Position numbers and translations under genes: made by a program | NCBI GenBank assembly: GCA_963739305.1 | Contig: CAVTZU010000011.1 | Coordinates: 1-64,000 of the forward strand | DNA: 64,000 nt | Origin: Candidatus Bathyarchaeota archaeon | Lineage (GTDB): Archaea > Thermoproteota > Bathyarchaeia > Bathyarchaeales > Bathycorpusculaceae | Direction of reading: 5' to 3' | Notes under the pieces: model-generated | The model's input: the letters and a program-made list of their open reading frames with translations, nothing else | Database searches by the model: none | Told to the model about the DNA's origin: nothing | In this document: in pieces, positions 40,017 through 49,931 of the stretch | How the letters are laid out: every line of letters begins with the position of its first letter | Numbering within the stretch: the first letter of the stretch is position 1

Positions 40017-40807
40017 TAGTCGCGTCCTCCTTGACCATACAAGTTACCGAGCTTCTCGATTGCACCACTCGTCCAGATGATTAGCCTTCCCGGGTGTGTG
40101 CCGGGAGCAAGCATTTCTGCGTTGAGATCTGTCACTGAGACGGCGTCGACGCCGGGAATGTTGTTCGCAGCTTCAATGATCCCCTTGTTCTCGGCTACCA
40201 CGATCAGCGGTCCGACGCTTTGCTTCATCTTGCGTCCTCTGCTCTTGCCTTTTCCTGCCCGTACCTTTCTGCTTTCCCTAACGCGGAAAATCTCAGACAA
40301 CGCTCCAAGTCGAATTAGAGCTTCCTCAACTTCCTTTGTCTTTTGTAAGCTTTCAATCTCAGGCGTGACAACAAGCGGGATCTGCGGAACGTCCTCGATA
40401 TTGTGACCCCTTTTGGCTACTGTTTCTTTGGAAGCCGTCGCCGCTATCGCGGAAAGTAGGGCCAATCGCTTCTCTTTCTTCGGAATCTTCTTGACGATCT
40501 TCTTCTCGGAAAGAGGCGGATGTGCCGCCCTACCGCCAACTGTTCCAGGAGCGAAGGCAGCCCTCGCGGTTCCTCCCTTGCGTCTAGGTATTCTTGCCTG
40601 ACCTGAACCTGTTCCTTGGGATTCAGCGGTCGTTCTCTTGCCAGCCATAGGATCTCTCCCTTGTGGCTGAATCCTTTTCGATTGTATCGCTAAGACAGCT
40701 CGCTTAATGACGTCTGGTCGAAGCGGAGTTGCAAAAAGCGGCGGAAGCTCAATTTTCCCCACTGCTCTTCCTTCGAGATTGAAAACCTTAACCGCCTTCT
40801 TGACCAT
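40016..40807 (-). CDS. rpl4p: 50S ribosomal protein L4
   Basis: RPDVIKRAV, GGRAAHPP, LAPGTHPGRL. Confidence 0.96.
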   Translation of the reverse strand: MVKKAVKVFNLEGRAVGKIELPPLFATPLRPDVIKRAVLAIQSKRIQPQGRDPMAGKRTTAESQGTGSGQARIPRRKGGTARAAFAPGTVGGRAAHPPLSEKKIVKKIPKKEKRLALLSAIAATASKETVAKRGHNIEDVPQIPLVVTPEIESLQKTKEVEEALIRLGALSEIFRVRESRKVRAGKGKSRGRKMKQSVGPLIVVAENKGIIEAANNIPGVDAVSVTDLNAEMLAPGTHPGRLIIWTSGAIEKLGNLYGQGGRD

Positions 40808-40821
40808 CAGGGCTCACCCAG

Positions 40822-41835
40822 TCATCTTCCCTGCGGCGATTCAAGCGACACGTAAGTTATCTGCGGTGGTTCTTCCGCAACACTCCTCGGCGGTCGAGCA
40901 GGATAACGAAGCCGTATCGGCCGTTTCTCGGTGCCCGCCACGCTTCCCGCAAGAAGCAGGTATGGACCCTTGATGATGCCGTACCTCAGAAAACCACCCT
41001 TCGGGGTGATTTCCTTTCCATCCTTGCCGATCCTCAGAATGCGCTTGTTGTACTCCGTTCTCTGGTGGTAGCCCATCTGTCCAGCTCTGGCGATGCTGTA
41101 CATTACGTGGTGCGGGTTCCATGGTCCCAGGGTGGCAACGCCTCTTTTCGTCTTTCTTCCTTTAGCCTGAAGAATCGTTACTCCCCAACGTTTGACAGGC
41201 CCCTGCCAGCCTTTGCCCGTTGAAACGGAAGCGATGTCGACAAACTGACCTTCTTTGAAGATCTCTGCGACGGTTATAGTTTTTCCCAGAAGAGTTTTTG
41301 CATACTCGAACTGCTCCTGGACTGTACCCCCGCCGATTTCTATCTCGGTCACGTCTGGCTTCTTCTTTGAAAGACTTGCTTCTTTCGGTTGAGTTAGCGT
41401 GATGACACGGACTTTAGCGACTTTGGGCAGGTTTTCTTCGACTCTTTTCAAAGCTTCTTCTGTACCAAAGTCTTTTGGAAGGGTCAAGACCCGTCCCAAA
41501 CTGGCCGGAGGCTCCTTCAACCAAGCTTCAGCCAAACTGTGCAGACCGTCCATGTCCTTCGCATAAACCTTTATGGCACCGACCAGTATAGGTGGTGTTT
41601 CCAAGACCGTTGCTGGAACAATGACTTCTTTCCCGAAGTCCGGCGATCGTTTACGGTCCTCGATCGTGAAAACGTGAGTCATGCCCGCCTTGAAACCGGT
41701 GAAACCCAGAAGGCGAGGCGCTTCTGATGTTATCCTAGGCCAAAAGCGTACCTTGGCAAGTAAGCGTTCAGAACGTTTCCTAGGCAAGTATGCGAGAGAA
41801 CCATGTCTAGGAGCGTGTGTTTTACGGTGTCCCAT
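40822..41835 (-). CDS. rpl3p: 50S ribosomal protein L3
   Basis: PRHGSL, KAGMTH, GQMGYHQRTEYNKR. Confidence 0.97.
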   Translation of the reverse strand: MGHRKTHAPRHGSLAYLPRKRSERLLAKVRFWPRITSEAPRLLGFTGFKAGMTHVFTIEDRKRSPDFGKEVIVPATVLETPPILVGAIKVYAKDMDGLHSLAEAWLKEPPASLGRVLTLPKDFGTEEALKRVEENLPKVAKVRVITLTQPKEASLSKKKPDVTEIEIGGGTVQEQFEYAKTLLGKTITVAEIFKEGQFVDIASVSTGKGWQGPVKRWGVTILQAKGRKTKRGVATLGPWNPHHVMYSIARAGQMGYHQRTEYNKRILRIGKDGKEITPKGGFLRYGIIKGPYLLLAGSVAGTEKRPIRLRYPARPPRSVAEEPPQITYVSLESPQGR

Positions 41836-41995
41836 CGTTTTTCCGACTCGCGTCTTCTAGGAATAATAACGATGAGTTATAAACATTGCTCTACGATAGC
41901 GGCTGCTTTGGAATGTTCACTGTTTTTGTTTTCTGAGCTGGAAAACACTGACAAGCGTTAAATCTGCAAGAATTTAGTCTTCTTGAGGATGGCAC

Positions 41996-42610
41996 GTGAC
42001 CGACAGAACATCACGAGTTGCAGAGGCGCTATATCGTTCGGGCTGCCTGAAATTCGGTAGTTACTCCATTAAGTCTGAAGCCCAAAGCCCCTACTACATC
42101 GATCTCGCATGTCTGCTCTCAAGTCCAAAAGACCTTTGTGTCATAGCAGACGTCGCCGCTGAAGAAGTTCAGAAAATAGCAGTTGACGACAGAATAGACC
42201 TGTTGGCGTCGATCGAGCTTAAAGGAGCACTAATCCTTCCCAGCATTGCCTGCCGCACAAATCTTCCCTGCGTGGTGGTCAGGAAGGAGGAGAAAACTTA
42301 TGGTGCAATCGGACGAACAGCGGGAGCAATTGTCAAGAGAGGTAATGCGGCACTGTTCTTCGACGACGTGATCAGTGAAGATACGTCCAAGCTGGAAGCG
42401 ATAAGACCTCTTGAACAGTTAGGGGCTCGAATCGAGAATATTCTCGTTGTAGTCGACAGACAGCAGCGAGGAAAAGAGAACCTCGCCAGGCTAGGCTACA
42501 AAGTTCATGCTCTGGCAGAGGTCACTCAATTAGCTGACAGACTACTTCAAGAATCGAAAATCTCGAAAGAGCAGGCGGATGCCGTCATCAATTATGTGAA
42601 AAGCAAATGA
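41996..42610 (+). CDS. pyrE: Orotate phosphoribosyltransferase-like protein
   Basis: KFG..SPYYIDL, VRKEEKTYG, FDDVIS, VVDRQQ; atypical PRPP loop. Confidence 0.75.
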   Translation: MTDRTSRVAEALYRSGCLKFGSYSIKSEAQSPYYIDLACLLSSPKDLCVIADVAAEEVQKIAVDDRIDLLASIELKGALILPSIACRTNLPCVVVRKEEKTYGAIGRTAGAIVKRGNAALFFDDVISEDTSKLEAIRPLEQLGARIENILVVVDRQQRGKENLARLGYKVHALAEVTQLADRLLQESKISKEQADAVINYVKSK

Positions 42611-42637
42611 ATACACTCGACTTTCCATATGTGTGGA

Positions 42638-43195
42638 TCAGGGCAACAGCTTTTTAACGATCTGTCGGGCACCTTCCATTGGCGAAGACGTTATTGTGTT
42701 TATAGTCACTTCTGGTCTCAACGGTGGTTCATAGGGCTGCCCCACGCCCGGAACATTGGGAGCTTTTCCTTCAAACGCCTTGGAATAGATCCGCCTGGGG
42801 GCGTTGTGAGTGTTAGCGCGTTTGACCTCACGCTCCATACAAACCTCTAGTGGGCATTCAAGATAGACCTCGATGAACTTTGGAATCTGACGCCTTGCCT
42901 CGTCCCGGTAGCTTCGGAGGTTCCCCGTGGCGTCGATGATGACGTTGGTGCCGTTGGCCGTAAGAAGATGAGCGATATAGACGAGAGTCCGATACACTAT
43001 GTCACGCTCTTCCAGTGAGTAATCTGGCTTAGGAGTCAAGACTTTGCGCAATTCATCAGAAGACAAGAGCTGGACGCGGACGTCCTTTTTGCTCATAAGC
43101 TTCATAAGAGCCTGAGACACAACAGATTTCCCGCTGCCGGGCATACCTGTAATCCAGACACACCAGCCGAGCTTATGCGACACTTCTCTGCTCAA
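42638..43195 (-). CDS. Adenylyl-sulfate kinase-like P-loop kinase
   Basis: WITGMPGSGKS, EVYLECPLEVC, PYEPP. Confidence 0.85.
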   Translation of the reverse strand: MSREVSHKLGWCVWITGMPGSGKSVVSQALMKLMSKKDVRVQLLSSDELRKVLTPKPDYSLEERDIVYRTLVYIAHLLTANGTNVIIDATGNLRSYRDEARRQIPKFIEVYLECPLEVCMEREVKRANTHNAPRRIYSKAFEGKAPNVPGVGQPYEPPLRPEVTINTITSSPMEGARQIVKKLLP

Positions 43196-43593
43196 GAGGA
43201 CCCCAGAACTGTTTCACTCATCTTTTCTTTTAAGAATTCATATTCTTGAATCTTGAAAAGGTGGCTTCTGCAATTGCAGTCTGAACTTCCGAAGCCGATT
43301 ATTGGGCTGCCGTTCTTGCTCAGTTCAGTCGAGAGTCTGCACTCCTCAGACCTTGTTGCTTTCTTGTGGAAGATCTTCACGATTTTTGCATGTCTGTTGG
43401 CGAGCAGGTAGTCAATATGCCAGAACTTTTTCTTTTCCAGCCTTTGGTGGCGTTCCAAGCGCTTGTTCAGGTTATTCTGAGCAGAACCAACGTAGGCATA
43501 GAGCCCGTGCTTGAACTCGATGATGCCCAGGGCTCCTACCTTTACGTGCGTGTTACTGGCAACAGTGATAATCAGAACGTAGATACCTTTCAT
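43192..43593 (-). CDS. GIY-YIG nuclease (DUF123)
   Basis: KGIY, YAYVGSA, WHIDYLL, GFGSSDCNCRSHL. Confidence 0.92.
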   Translation of the reverse strand: MKGIYVLIITVASNTHVKVGALGIIEFKHGLYAYVGSAQNNLNKRLERHQRLEKKKFWHIDYLLANRHAKIVKIFHKKATRSEECRLSTELSKNGSPIIGFGSSDCNCRSHLFKIQEYEFLKEKMSETVLGSS

Positions 43594-43709
43594 GCTTTTC
43601 TGCTGGAGGTGCTGTCTTTATACCATTTCAGGATTTCATTCGAGGCGTTCGGTGAGTAGCCCATTCCCTTGAGGAGTTTTGCAAGGTCATCAATAGACTT
43701 AACCGTCAA
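43590..43709 (-). CDS. Unlisted 39-aa small protein MTVKSIDDLAKLLKGMGYSPNASNEILKWYKDSTSSRKA
   Basis: TTG start with GGTG upstream; stop overlaps the GIY-YIG start (ATGA). Confidence 0.6.
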   Translation of the reverse strand: MTVKSIDDLAKLLKGMGYSPNASNEILKWYKDSTSSRKA

Positions 43710-43816
43710 ACCACACCTGCCCCATGGAGGTTTACCTTGAAACCATATTTATACTTTAGTCTAAAAATCGATACGTGCACTTCACTTGATGGCAACCGAT
43801 TATTCGCTACTGAGTT

Positions 43817-44974
43817 CTAACTCAGATACGACTCCACTCTTTCATACTCGAAGTCTTTCGTCTCAAGCATCGTGCGCGCAAAGCGAAATAGTTTTTTGCG
43901 CACATTTGGAGACAGTTTTGGGTACCACAAAGGCGAAGCTAGGACAATGCTGCGCCAAGCATAGAAAGGTTGAATCACTTTCAGAATCTCATCGTCTCCA
44001 GATTCGTCAAGATAGTTTTTCCAGAAGAGTATGAACAATCTGCCAAACGGACCATTCATTTCTCCAAACGTCTGCAGGGAATAGAAAATGTAGTTTATCG
44101 TGATCGCAGCAACATCATCGGCAGGCTCGCCCCACTCTTCCCGGCTTCGATCCAGAACCGCGAAGTCCACGCCTTCCTTGAAAATAATGTTCCACGGGTG
44201 AAAGTCACCATGAACTTGAGACAACCTGTGCCCTAGGTGCTTGAGTCGCCACCGCCAATCGATGCAGTTTTTCTCAAACTGGACAAAGAACTTCTCATCT
44301 ACATAATCCAATTTGGGAGGATAGCTGTCGGTCAACCCGAAGATGCACTCGCCGTGGCCGATTAAGTCGCGGATAGCTCTCGCATATAGTGATGGATCGT
44401 CTTTCTTCAAAGAGTGTATCCCGACAAGATAGTTGGACATAGCGACGCAGCGTTCTTCGTCCCTGTCGGTTACATGACCTGTTTGTTTGATGCGGTCAAG
44501 GTCCATGTGATAGAGTTCTCCGTCCACGAACTCTGTCAGCAGGAAGAACTCGGCGCAGTCGCCTAAGGCCCTAAGGCTTTGACCGTCGCTTAGAAACGAG
44601 CCCACGTCAACAGATCGCACGTGCCTGTCAAGCTTGTTGAAAACAGAATGCTGCCAAAGCAGAATCCCAGCTCTGTCAGAAAAATAATCGTGCCCAAAAC
44701 CTTCAGGCTTCATGGTTTCCAACACTAGCCGCTTGGCCTGCCCTTCCACCTCGCACTGAATCAGACAGGGAACACCGTAACCGAAACCCTTCAAGTCCGC
44801 AGGTTCCCCACCGCGAAGCGGAGATATCTCCAAAACCTTCACCGGCGATTTATAGACGCCTAAAAGATACTCCTCCACCTTCTCAGCATGCAGTTCGAGC
44901 AAAGATAACCCACTCAAAACCAACATTAACTGTTCATAAGTTAAAAGTCTAGCGATGCGACTGCTGCTCAACAT
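43817..44974 (-). CDS. Aminoglycoside-phosphotransferase-like kinase
   Basis: HGDFHPWNI and LDRS..WGEPADD motifs; true start probably downstream. Confidence 0.85.
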   Translation of the reverse strand: MLSSSRIARLLTYEQLMLVLSGLSLLELHAEKVEEYLLGVYKSPVKVLEISPLRGGEPADLKGFGYGVPCLIQCEVEGQAKRLVLETMKPEGFGHDYFSDRAGILLWQHSVFNKLDRHVRSVDVGSFLSDGQSLRALGDCAEFFLLTEFVDGELYHMDLDRIKQTGHVTDRDEERCVAMSNYLVGIHSLKKDDPSLYARAIRDLIGHGECIFGLTDSYPPKLDYVDEKFFVQFEKNCIDWRWRLKHLGHRLSQVHGDFHPWNIIFKEGVDFAVLDRSREEWGEPADDVAAITINYIFYSLQTFGEMNGPFGRLFILFWKNYLDESGDDEILKVIQPFYAWRSIVLASPLWYPKLSPNVRKKLFRFARTMLETKDFEYERVESYLS

Positions 44975-45094
44975 TATTTGGAGTGAAAAACAGTCAATTC
45001 ACGATCAAACAGTTCAAGACAGATGTGAACAGACGCTACGTCGTGCTCAATCTTAAATACGAAACCGTAAGACAACTATGGCAAGGAGACATGC

Positions 45095-46351
45095 ATGCAG
45101 AAATCTAAAATTAGAGACCCGAGCCTCGCATCGAGTGGTAATTTGCAGATGGAATGGGCATCGAAACACATGCCAGTTCTCAACCAGATCAGAGAAAGAC
45201 TCGACAGAGAAAAACCACTCAAAAATATCACACTCGGAGCCTGCCTGCACGTAACGAAAGAAACCGGAATCCTAGTCGAAACTTTCCTCGCAGCAGGTGC
45301 AGATATCGCCCTATGCGGATCTAACCCACTCTCAACTCAAGACGACATCGCAGCGGCACTCGTCAAAAGGGGCGCCAACGTCTTTGCCTGGCGCGGACAA
45401 TCAACAGAAGAATACTACTGGTGTGTCGACCGCGTGCTGGACTTTGACCCTCTCATAACCCTCGACGACGGCGCCGACCTTGTCGGCACGCTACACCGGA
45501 AGAGAAAACGAGCCCTGCCGAAAATCAAAGGAGGAACCGAAGAAACCACAACTGGTGTCCTACGCCTAAGAGCCATGGAAAAGAAAGGAGCCCTCAAGTA
45601 CCCGATCATAGCAGTCAATGACGCATACACCAAATACTTGTTCGATAACCGCTACGGCACAGGTCAAAGCACACTAGACGGAATACTTAGAGCAACCAAC
45701 ATACTGCTCGCAGGCAAGAACTTCATAGTGTGCGGCTATGGCTGGTGCGGAAAAGGCATAGCCATGAGAGCTCAAGGCATGGGCGCCAATGTCATAGTAA
45801 CTGAAGTAAACCCCACACGAGCCCTAGAAGCTGCAATGAACGGATTCAGAATCATGCCAATCGCCGAAGCCGCAAGCGTCGGCGACATCTTCGTCACAGC
45901 CACAGGTGATACCAGCGTCATAAGAAAAGAACACATGCAAAAAATGAAGGACGGCGCAATCCTCGCCAACAGTGGACACTTCAACGTCGAGGTAAACCCC
46001 AAGACTCTCGAAGAACTATCAACCAAGCAGCGAAGCATACGCCCCAACCTGCAAGAATACACTCTCAAAGACGGAAGAAAGCTTTACCTCCTAGCCGAAG
46101 GGAGACTCGTAAACCTCTCAGCCGCCGAAGGTCACCCCTCAGAGGTGATGGACATGTCCTTCGCAAACCAAGCCCTCTGCGTCGAGCATATAGCCAAGAA
46201 TGACAAACTCAAGCCAAAAGTGTACCCGGTGCCGAAAGAAATCGATGAACACATTGCAAAACTGAAGCTCGAAGCCATGAAAATCAAGATTGACAAACTG
46301 ACGAAGGAACAGAAAAAATACCTATCAGCGTGGGAACTGGGCACAACGTAA
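45095..46351 (+). CDS. ahcY: S-adenosylhomocysteine hydrolase
   Basis: [42 protein letters not shown]. Confidence 0.97.
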   Translation: MQKSKIRDPSLASSGNLQMEWASKHMPVLNQIRERLDREKPLKNITLGACLHVTKETGILVETFLAAGADIALCGSNPLSTQDDIAAALVKRGANVFAWRGQSTEEYYWCVDRVLDFDPLITLDDGADLVGTLHRKRKRALPKIKGGTEETTTGVLRLRAMEKKGALKYPIIAVNDAYTKYLFDNRYGTGQSTLDGILRATNILLAGKNFIVCGYGWCGKGIAMRAQGMGANVIVTEVNPTRALEAAMNGFRIMPIAEAASVGDIFVTATGDTSVIRKEHMQKMKDGAILANSGHFNVEVNPKTLEELSTKQRSIRPNLQEYTLKDGRKLYLLAEGRLVNLSAAEGHPSEVMDMSFANQALCVEHIAKNDKLKPKVYPVPKEIDEHIAKLKLEAMKIKIDKLTKEQKKYLSAWELGTT

Positions 46352-46425
46352 CAGCCCAATTCTACACATGGTAAACTTTAAAAGGCATTAAGAAGATAAA
46401 CTTGGCTATCTAAGGGTGATATCAA

Positions 46426-46791
46426 ATGGCAAGTAAAGATCAAGCGATAGGCGCAGTCATATTCATTGTGTGTGCAATAGTTGGCATCTTCTACGTCATC
46501 ACACTCTTCTGGCCAGACTGGATAAACACAGCCTTCTCAACAAACTTCAGCACTAGCGGCATCCAATTCTGGATAATTGCAGTGCCAGTTCTAGTAGCAT
46601 TCATCGCCATAATGGGCATCGGCGCATGGATAGGTTGGACGATGGCTACGACACCACCACCGAAACCCATTGAAGAGATAACAAGCGAAATGGAAACAGA
46701 AGAGAAGAAGGCAACCGAGGAGAAACCAGTAGCAGAAGAAGCGCCCAAGGAAGAAGCAAAGAAAACTGAAAAGAAGAGAACTGAAAAGTAA
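46426..46791 (+). CDS. Conserved archaeal two-TM protein with charged tail
   Basis: SKDQAIG..WIGWTMATTPPPKPIEE. Confidence 0.8.
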   Translation: MASKDQAIGAVIFIVCAIVGIFYVITLFWPDWINTAFSTNFSTSGIQFWIIAVPVLVAFIAIMGIGAWIGWTMATTPPPKPIEEITSEMETEEKKATEEKPVAEEAPKEEAKKTEKKRTEK

Positions 46792-46841
46792 CTCAACTAT
46801 CTAATTCTTTTTGGACACCTTCTTTCCATTAGTGAGAACCT

Positions 46842-47334
46842 TGAAGCCATAATCAGAGCATTCTTTAGCGTTAACCAGCCTAACCATTTACACGTTTGAG
46901 CATACACTTCACTATACTTTCACACATCACGCATTCGTCAGGTATTGTCTTTTCACTCTTAGGCCGCTCACTCAGATACCCAAAACGGTGAGTACACTTT
47001 GCACTTGTTGGAGGCTCCGTTCTCTTGTCTTCAACATCACGCACAGCCTTCTCTTCACGGACATCCACCGTTGAACTTGCCCGTGCCTCGATCACTGGTG
47101 CACTGCCCGTTTCATCAATGGCTGTGAAGCACCTAGGGCACGCATCATACACTTCGGAATCCTCGCACAAGTTCTTCACTCTGATCGGCTTAGAGAAAAC
47201 AAGTCCACATGAGGAATTTGAACACGTAAACTTGGATTTTACAGTCTCTCGCGTGCGCTCTTTCCTTTTAGCCATAGTCATCCTCGACTAGAAAAAGGAG
47301 CCTGTCCCTTATAGTGTTGATGAAGCCATAATCA
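46842..47334 (+). repeat. 14-bp direct repeat TGAAGCCATAATCA flanking the zinc-finger gene
   Basis: Copies at 46842-46855 and 47321-47334. Confidence 0.8.
46880..47281 (-). CDS. Cys-rich double zinc-finger hypothetical protein
   Basis: CSNSSC..CPRC and CTHRFGYL..ECVMC..KC. Confidence 0.75.
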   Translation of the reverse strand: MTMAKRKERTRETVKSKFTCSNSSCGLVFSKPIRVKNLCEDSEVYDACPRCFTAIDETGSAPVIEARASSTVDVREEKAVRDVEDKRTEPPTSAKCTHRFGYLSERPKSEKTIPDECVMCESIVKCMLKRVNG

Positions 47335-47465
47335 ATATCAATCGTAACGAAAACCAGACACCTCTGCCCCGCTCACAGACTCCGAGAATAGGTACTGATC
47401 AAGCATCATTACTTCAGATTCATAATTGTTTTAATCACATCGGCCGACTCTCAACGTGCCGAACG

Positions 47466-47663
47466 GTGAAAGCTATGTATTGCATAATCGTTAAGATCGA
47501 CCAAGACTTACCTTGGATAGAATTAAGAGGAGAATACGCAACGAGAAGAGAAGCCCAACAAGCGGCGAGAATAGCTGTAGGAAAAATCGGAGTCAAGATT
47601 GCCAACGTGCCCCAAGATAGAGAACCTGTGAAGGCACTGGTTACAGCAACAAGGCAACATTAG
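47466..47663 (+). CDS. Small hypothetical protein
   Basis: 65-aa ORF with host-like composition (LPWIELRGEYATRREA). Confidence 0.5.
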   Translation: MKAMYCIIVKIDQDLPWIELRGEYATRREAQQAARIAVGKIGVKIANVPQDREPVKALVTATRQH

Positions 47664-47766
47664 CGAAGCCAACAAAACCTTCTATAATAGCCAATCTCCA
47701 GAAATCGAAACAGTTCCCACAACATCCGATTTCTCTTCAACTTAAACAGAACCTTAACTGACAAAA

Positions 47767-47891
47767 TGGCGCCGGGGAAGGGATTCGAACCCCCGCGAGC
47801 CAAAGGCCCACTGGCTAGCTTGTCAACTCTGTTCTGAGCCCTTTGTGTTGTGATCTCGAGGCCAGCGCGATAACCACTCCGCCACCCCGGC
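47767..47891 (-). tRNA. tRNA-Ser(CGA) with a 38-nt intron at position 37/38 (47817-47854), CCA encoded
   Basis: Acceptor GCCGGGG/CCCCGGC; CTGGC-CTCGAG|intron|A-GCCAG; long variable arm; GGTTCGAATCC; relaxed BHB. Confidence 0.92.
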
Positions 47892-48030
47892 ACTAGCTAG
47901 AAGTTCTTGGCCGTGGCTTTTAGCTTTATCCGCACCAGCTATTTGCAGTTGTCTAGGGATAGACAGGTTTCACCGCAACCAAAATTAACTGTTCAATGTT
48001 CAATAGTATTCAGATCGGAGAAGCCGCAAC

Positions 48031-48321
48031 TTGTCTGATGAGCAGAGAAGAACAAAATACGACATATACGCCGACATCATAGAGATCATCGCCAGAAAAG
48101 GACTGTGTTCTCTAACAAGAGTTTCCTATGGAGCCAACATGCCAGTGGACCGAACAAAGAAAGAGCTGACCTTCTTGGTTGCGCATGGCTTCATAACCGA
48201 AGTGACTCTGGAAGACTCAAAGAAGTATCGAGCGACCAAATGGGGACTCGAATACCTCGAAACCTTCAAACATATGAGGAAATTCTTCGCTGCCCTAGAG
48301 GATCGACCTCACAACTTGTGA
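48031..48321 (+). CDS. Winged-helix transcriptional regulator
   Basis: RRTKYDIYADII..LTRVSYGANM..YRATKWGLEYL. Confidence 0.85.
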   Translation: MSDEQRRTKYDIYADIIEIIARKGLCSLTRVSYGANMPVDRTKKELTFLVAHGFITEVTLEDSKKYRATKWGLEYLETFKHMRKFFAALEDRPHNL

Positions 48322-48398
48322 CTACAAACCGTGTTCCGCTTACGTGCGTCGCCTTTTAAGAGTTCTAAAGGGTACTCCTATTCATCGGAAAATTTGAG

Positions 48399-48632
48399 GT
48401 GGTTCAAATGGCAGGTAGTATAAGTAGGCGGTTAGGTTGGAAGAGAACCAGGGGCAAAACTGCGCCCAAACTCGGCATCACAAAAGATCAAGCTTCAACG
48501 AAGATATATGGAGCAGCCTCTATGTTGACTGCGTATGATCTGTCGTTAACTACAAATGAGCATGTTAGCAAGAACTATACTGAGGCAGCCATTGATGTCT
48601 TACTACTCAAAAGAACGCAACTACTGCAGTGA
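48399..48632 (+). CDS. Small hypothetical protein
   Basis: 77-aa ORF with GAGGTG RBS-like sequence at its start. Confidence 0.45.
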   Translation: MVQMAGSISRRLGWKRTRGKTAPKLGITKDQASTKIYGAASMLTAYDLSLTTNEHVSKNYTEAAIDVLLLKRTQLLQ

Positions 48633-48689
48633 CGCCCAGTAACGAGATGTGAGTACCCCTTTTAAAGGTGAAAATGGAAACAAATCAAG

Positions 48690-49919
48690 GTGAAAACGAT
48701 GAGCAGCGCAGCTTCAATCCCATCAAGAACCACAGTGACCTTGGACGTCGTAAACGGAGACCTCGAGATAGGCAAGCACACGATCGTAAGAGGAACTGGT
48801 AACCCTCCAGCGGTCAAGGTTAACGGGGCAGTCTACTGCGAAGGCCACAACGTCTTCGAATGCAGCCTATCAGCACGAGAGCTCAACGCCGAAAACTCAG
48901 TAACAGTTCATGGCGACCTAGAGGTCAAAGATGACGTTGAAATCGAAGATGGTCGCCTTGAGGTCTATGGAAAAATGACAGCTGACGACGTGGACGTAGA
49001 TGACGCGGTGTTCGTTAGCAAAGACCTTCACGCAACCGACGTTGAGGTAGGTGGAAGCTTGAGAGTTGAGGGAAAAACCATGGTTGAAGACATAGACGTA
49101 GGCGGAACCTTCGAAGCAAAAGGCGAAGTCGAGGCGGACAGTGTAGACGTTGGCGGAAGACTTTCCATCGACTCAAAAGTTGACATCAAGAGCATAGACG
49201 TCGGTGGAACCGCAAGCGTAGCAGGAGGAATCATCCGCCAGATTGATGTTGGAGGAACCTTCGAGTCAAAAGGTCCGTTACAATTCGAAAAGATAGACGT
49301 AGGAGGAACGGTTGACCTCGCAGGAACAAGCAAAGGAGGAGAAATCGAGGTCGGTGGCTTTCTTAGAGCCAATGGCGATCTAACGTTTGCGGAACTGGAA
49401 GCCGGCGGCAAGGTACAGATCAAAGGCCAAACTCTAGGCGAAAGCATGGATGTCGGAGGAACCGTTGACATCGACGGATCTTTGGGACTTTCTGGTACAA
49501 TGGAAGTCGGAGGCAGAGCGGACATCAGCGGAGAGATCACAACACGAAACATAGAAATCGGCGGAACTTTGCGCGCGAGAAAAGTCACGGCGCAAGAACA
49601 CGTAGAAGTTGGAGGATCAATCAACACCGGGGAAGGTGTTCTAGCACGTTCCGTTGAAATAGGAAACAGGGGAACAGTGCATGGCTCCATACGCGCAGAG
49701 GAAATAGACGTCGGAAAAGGCGCCGAAGTTGAAGACCTATACGGCAAGCATATCGTGTTGAGAAATGAAGCAAGCGCCGGCAACGTTTATGGCGAAAACT
49801 TGACGATAGAATCTCACTGCAGGATAAATGGCGAAGTACAATACACCAACGAACTGAAGCAAGGCGAACATATTTCGTATGCACAACCACCGAAGCGGGT
49901 TACAATACTCCCCCATTGA
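48690..49919 (+). CDS. Bactofilin-like (polymer-forming) beta-solenoid repeat protein
   Basis: About 15 tandem ~17-aa repeats with an (I/V)(D/E)VGG core; no signal peptide. Confidence 0.8.
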   Translation: MKTMSSAASIPSRTTVTLDVVNGDLEIGKHTIVRGTGNPPAVKVNGAVYCEGHNVFECSLSARELNAENSVTVHGDLEVKDDVEIEDGRLEVYGKMTADDVDVDDAVFVSKDLHATDVEVGGSLRVEGKTMVEDIDVGGTFEAKGEVEADSVDVGGRLSIDSKVDIKSIDVGGTASVAGGIIRQIDVGGTFESKGPLQFEKIDVGGTVDLAGTSKGGEIEVGGFLRANGDLTFAELEAGGKVQIKGQTLGESMDVGGTVDIDGSLGLSGTMEVGGRADISGEITTRNIEIGGTLRARKVTAQEHVEVGGSINTGEGVLARSVEIGNRGTVHGSIRAEEIDVGKGAEVEDLYGKHIVLRNEASAGNVYGENLTIESHCRINGEVQYTNELKQGEHISYAQPPKRVTILPH

Positions 49920-49931
49920 ACTGTAAAGGAA

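Noticed and set aside
47660-47893. 77-aa minus-strand ORF
   Set aside because: It is a translation of the tRNA-Ser gene.
48370-48658. 8-bp inverted repeat GGGTACTC/GAGTACCC around the 77-aa ORF
   Set aside because: Too short to distinguish from chance, and no target duplication was seen.
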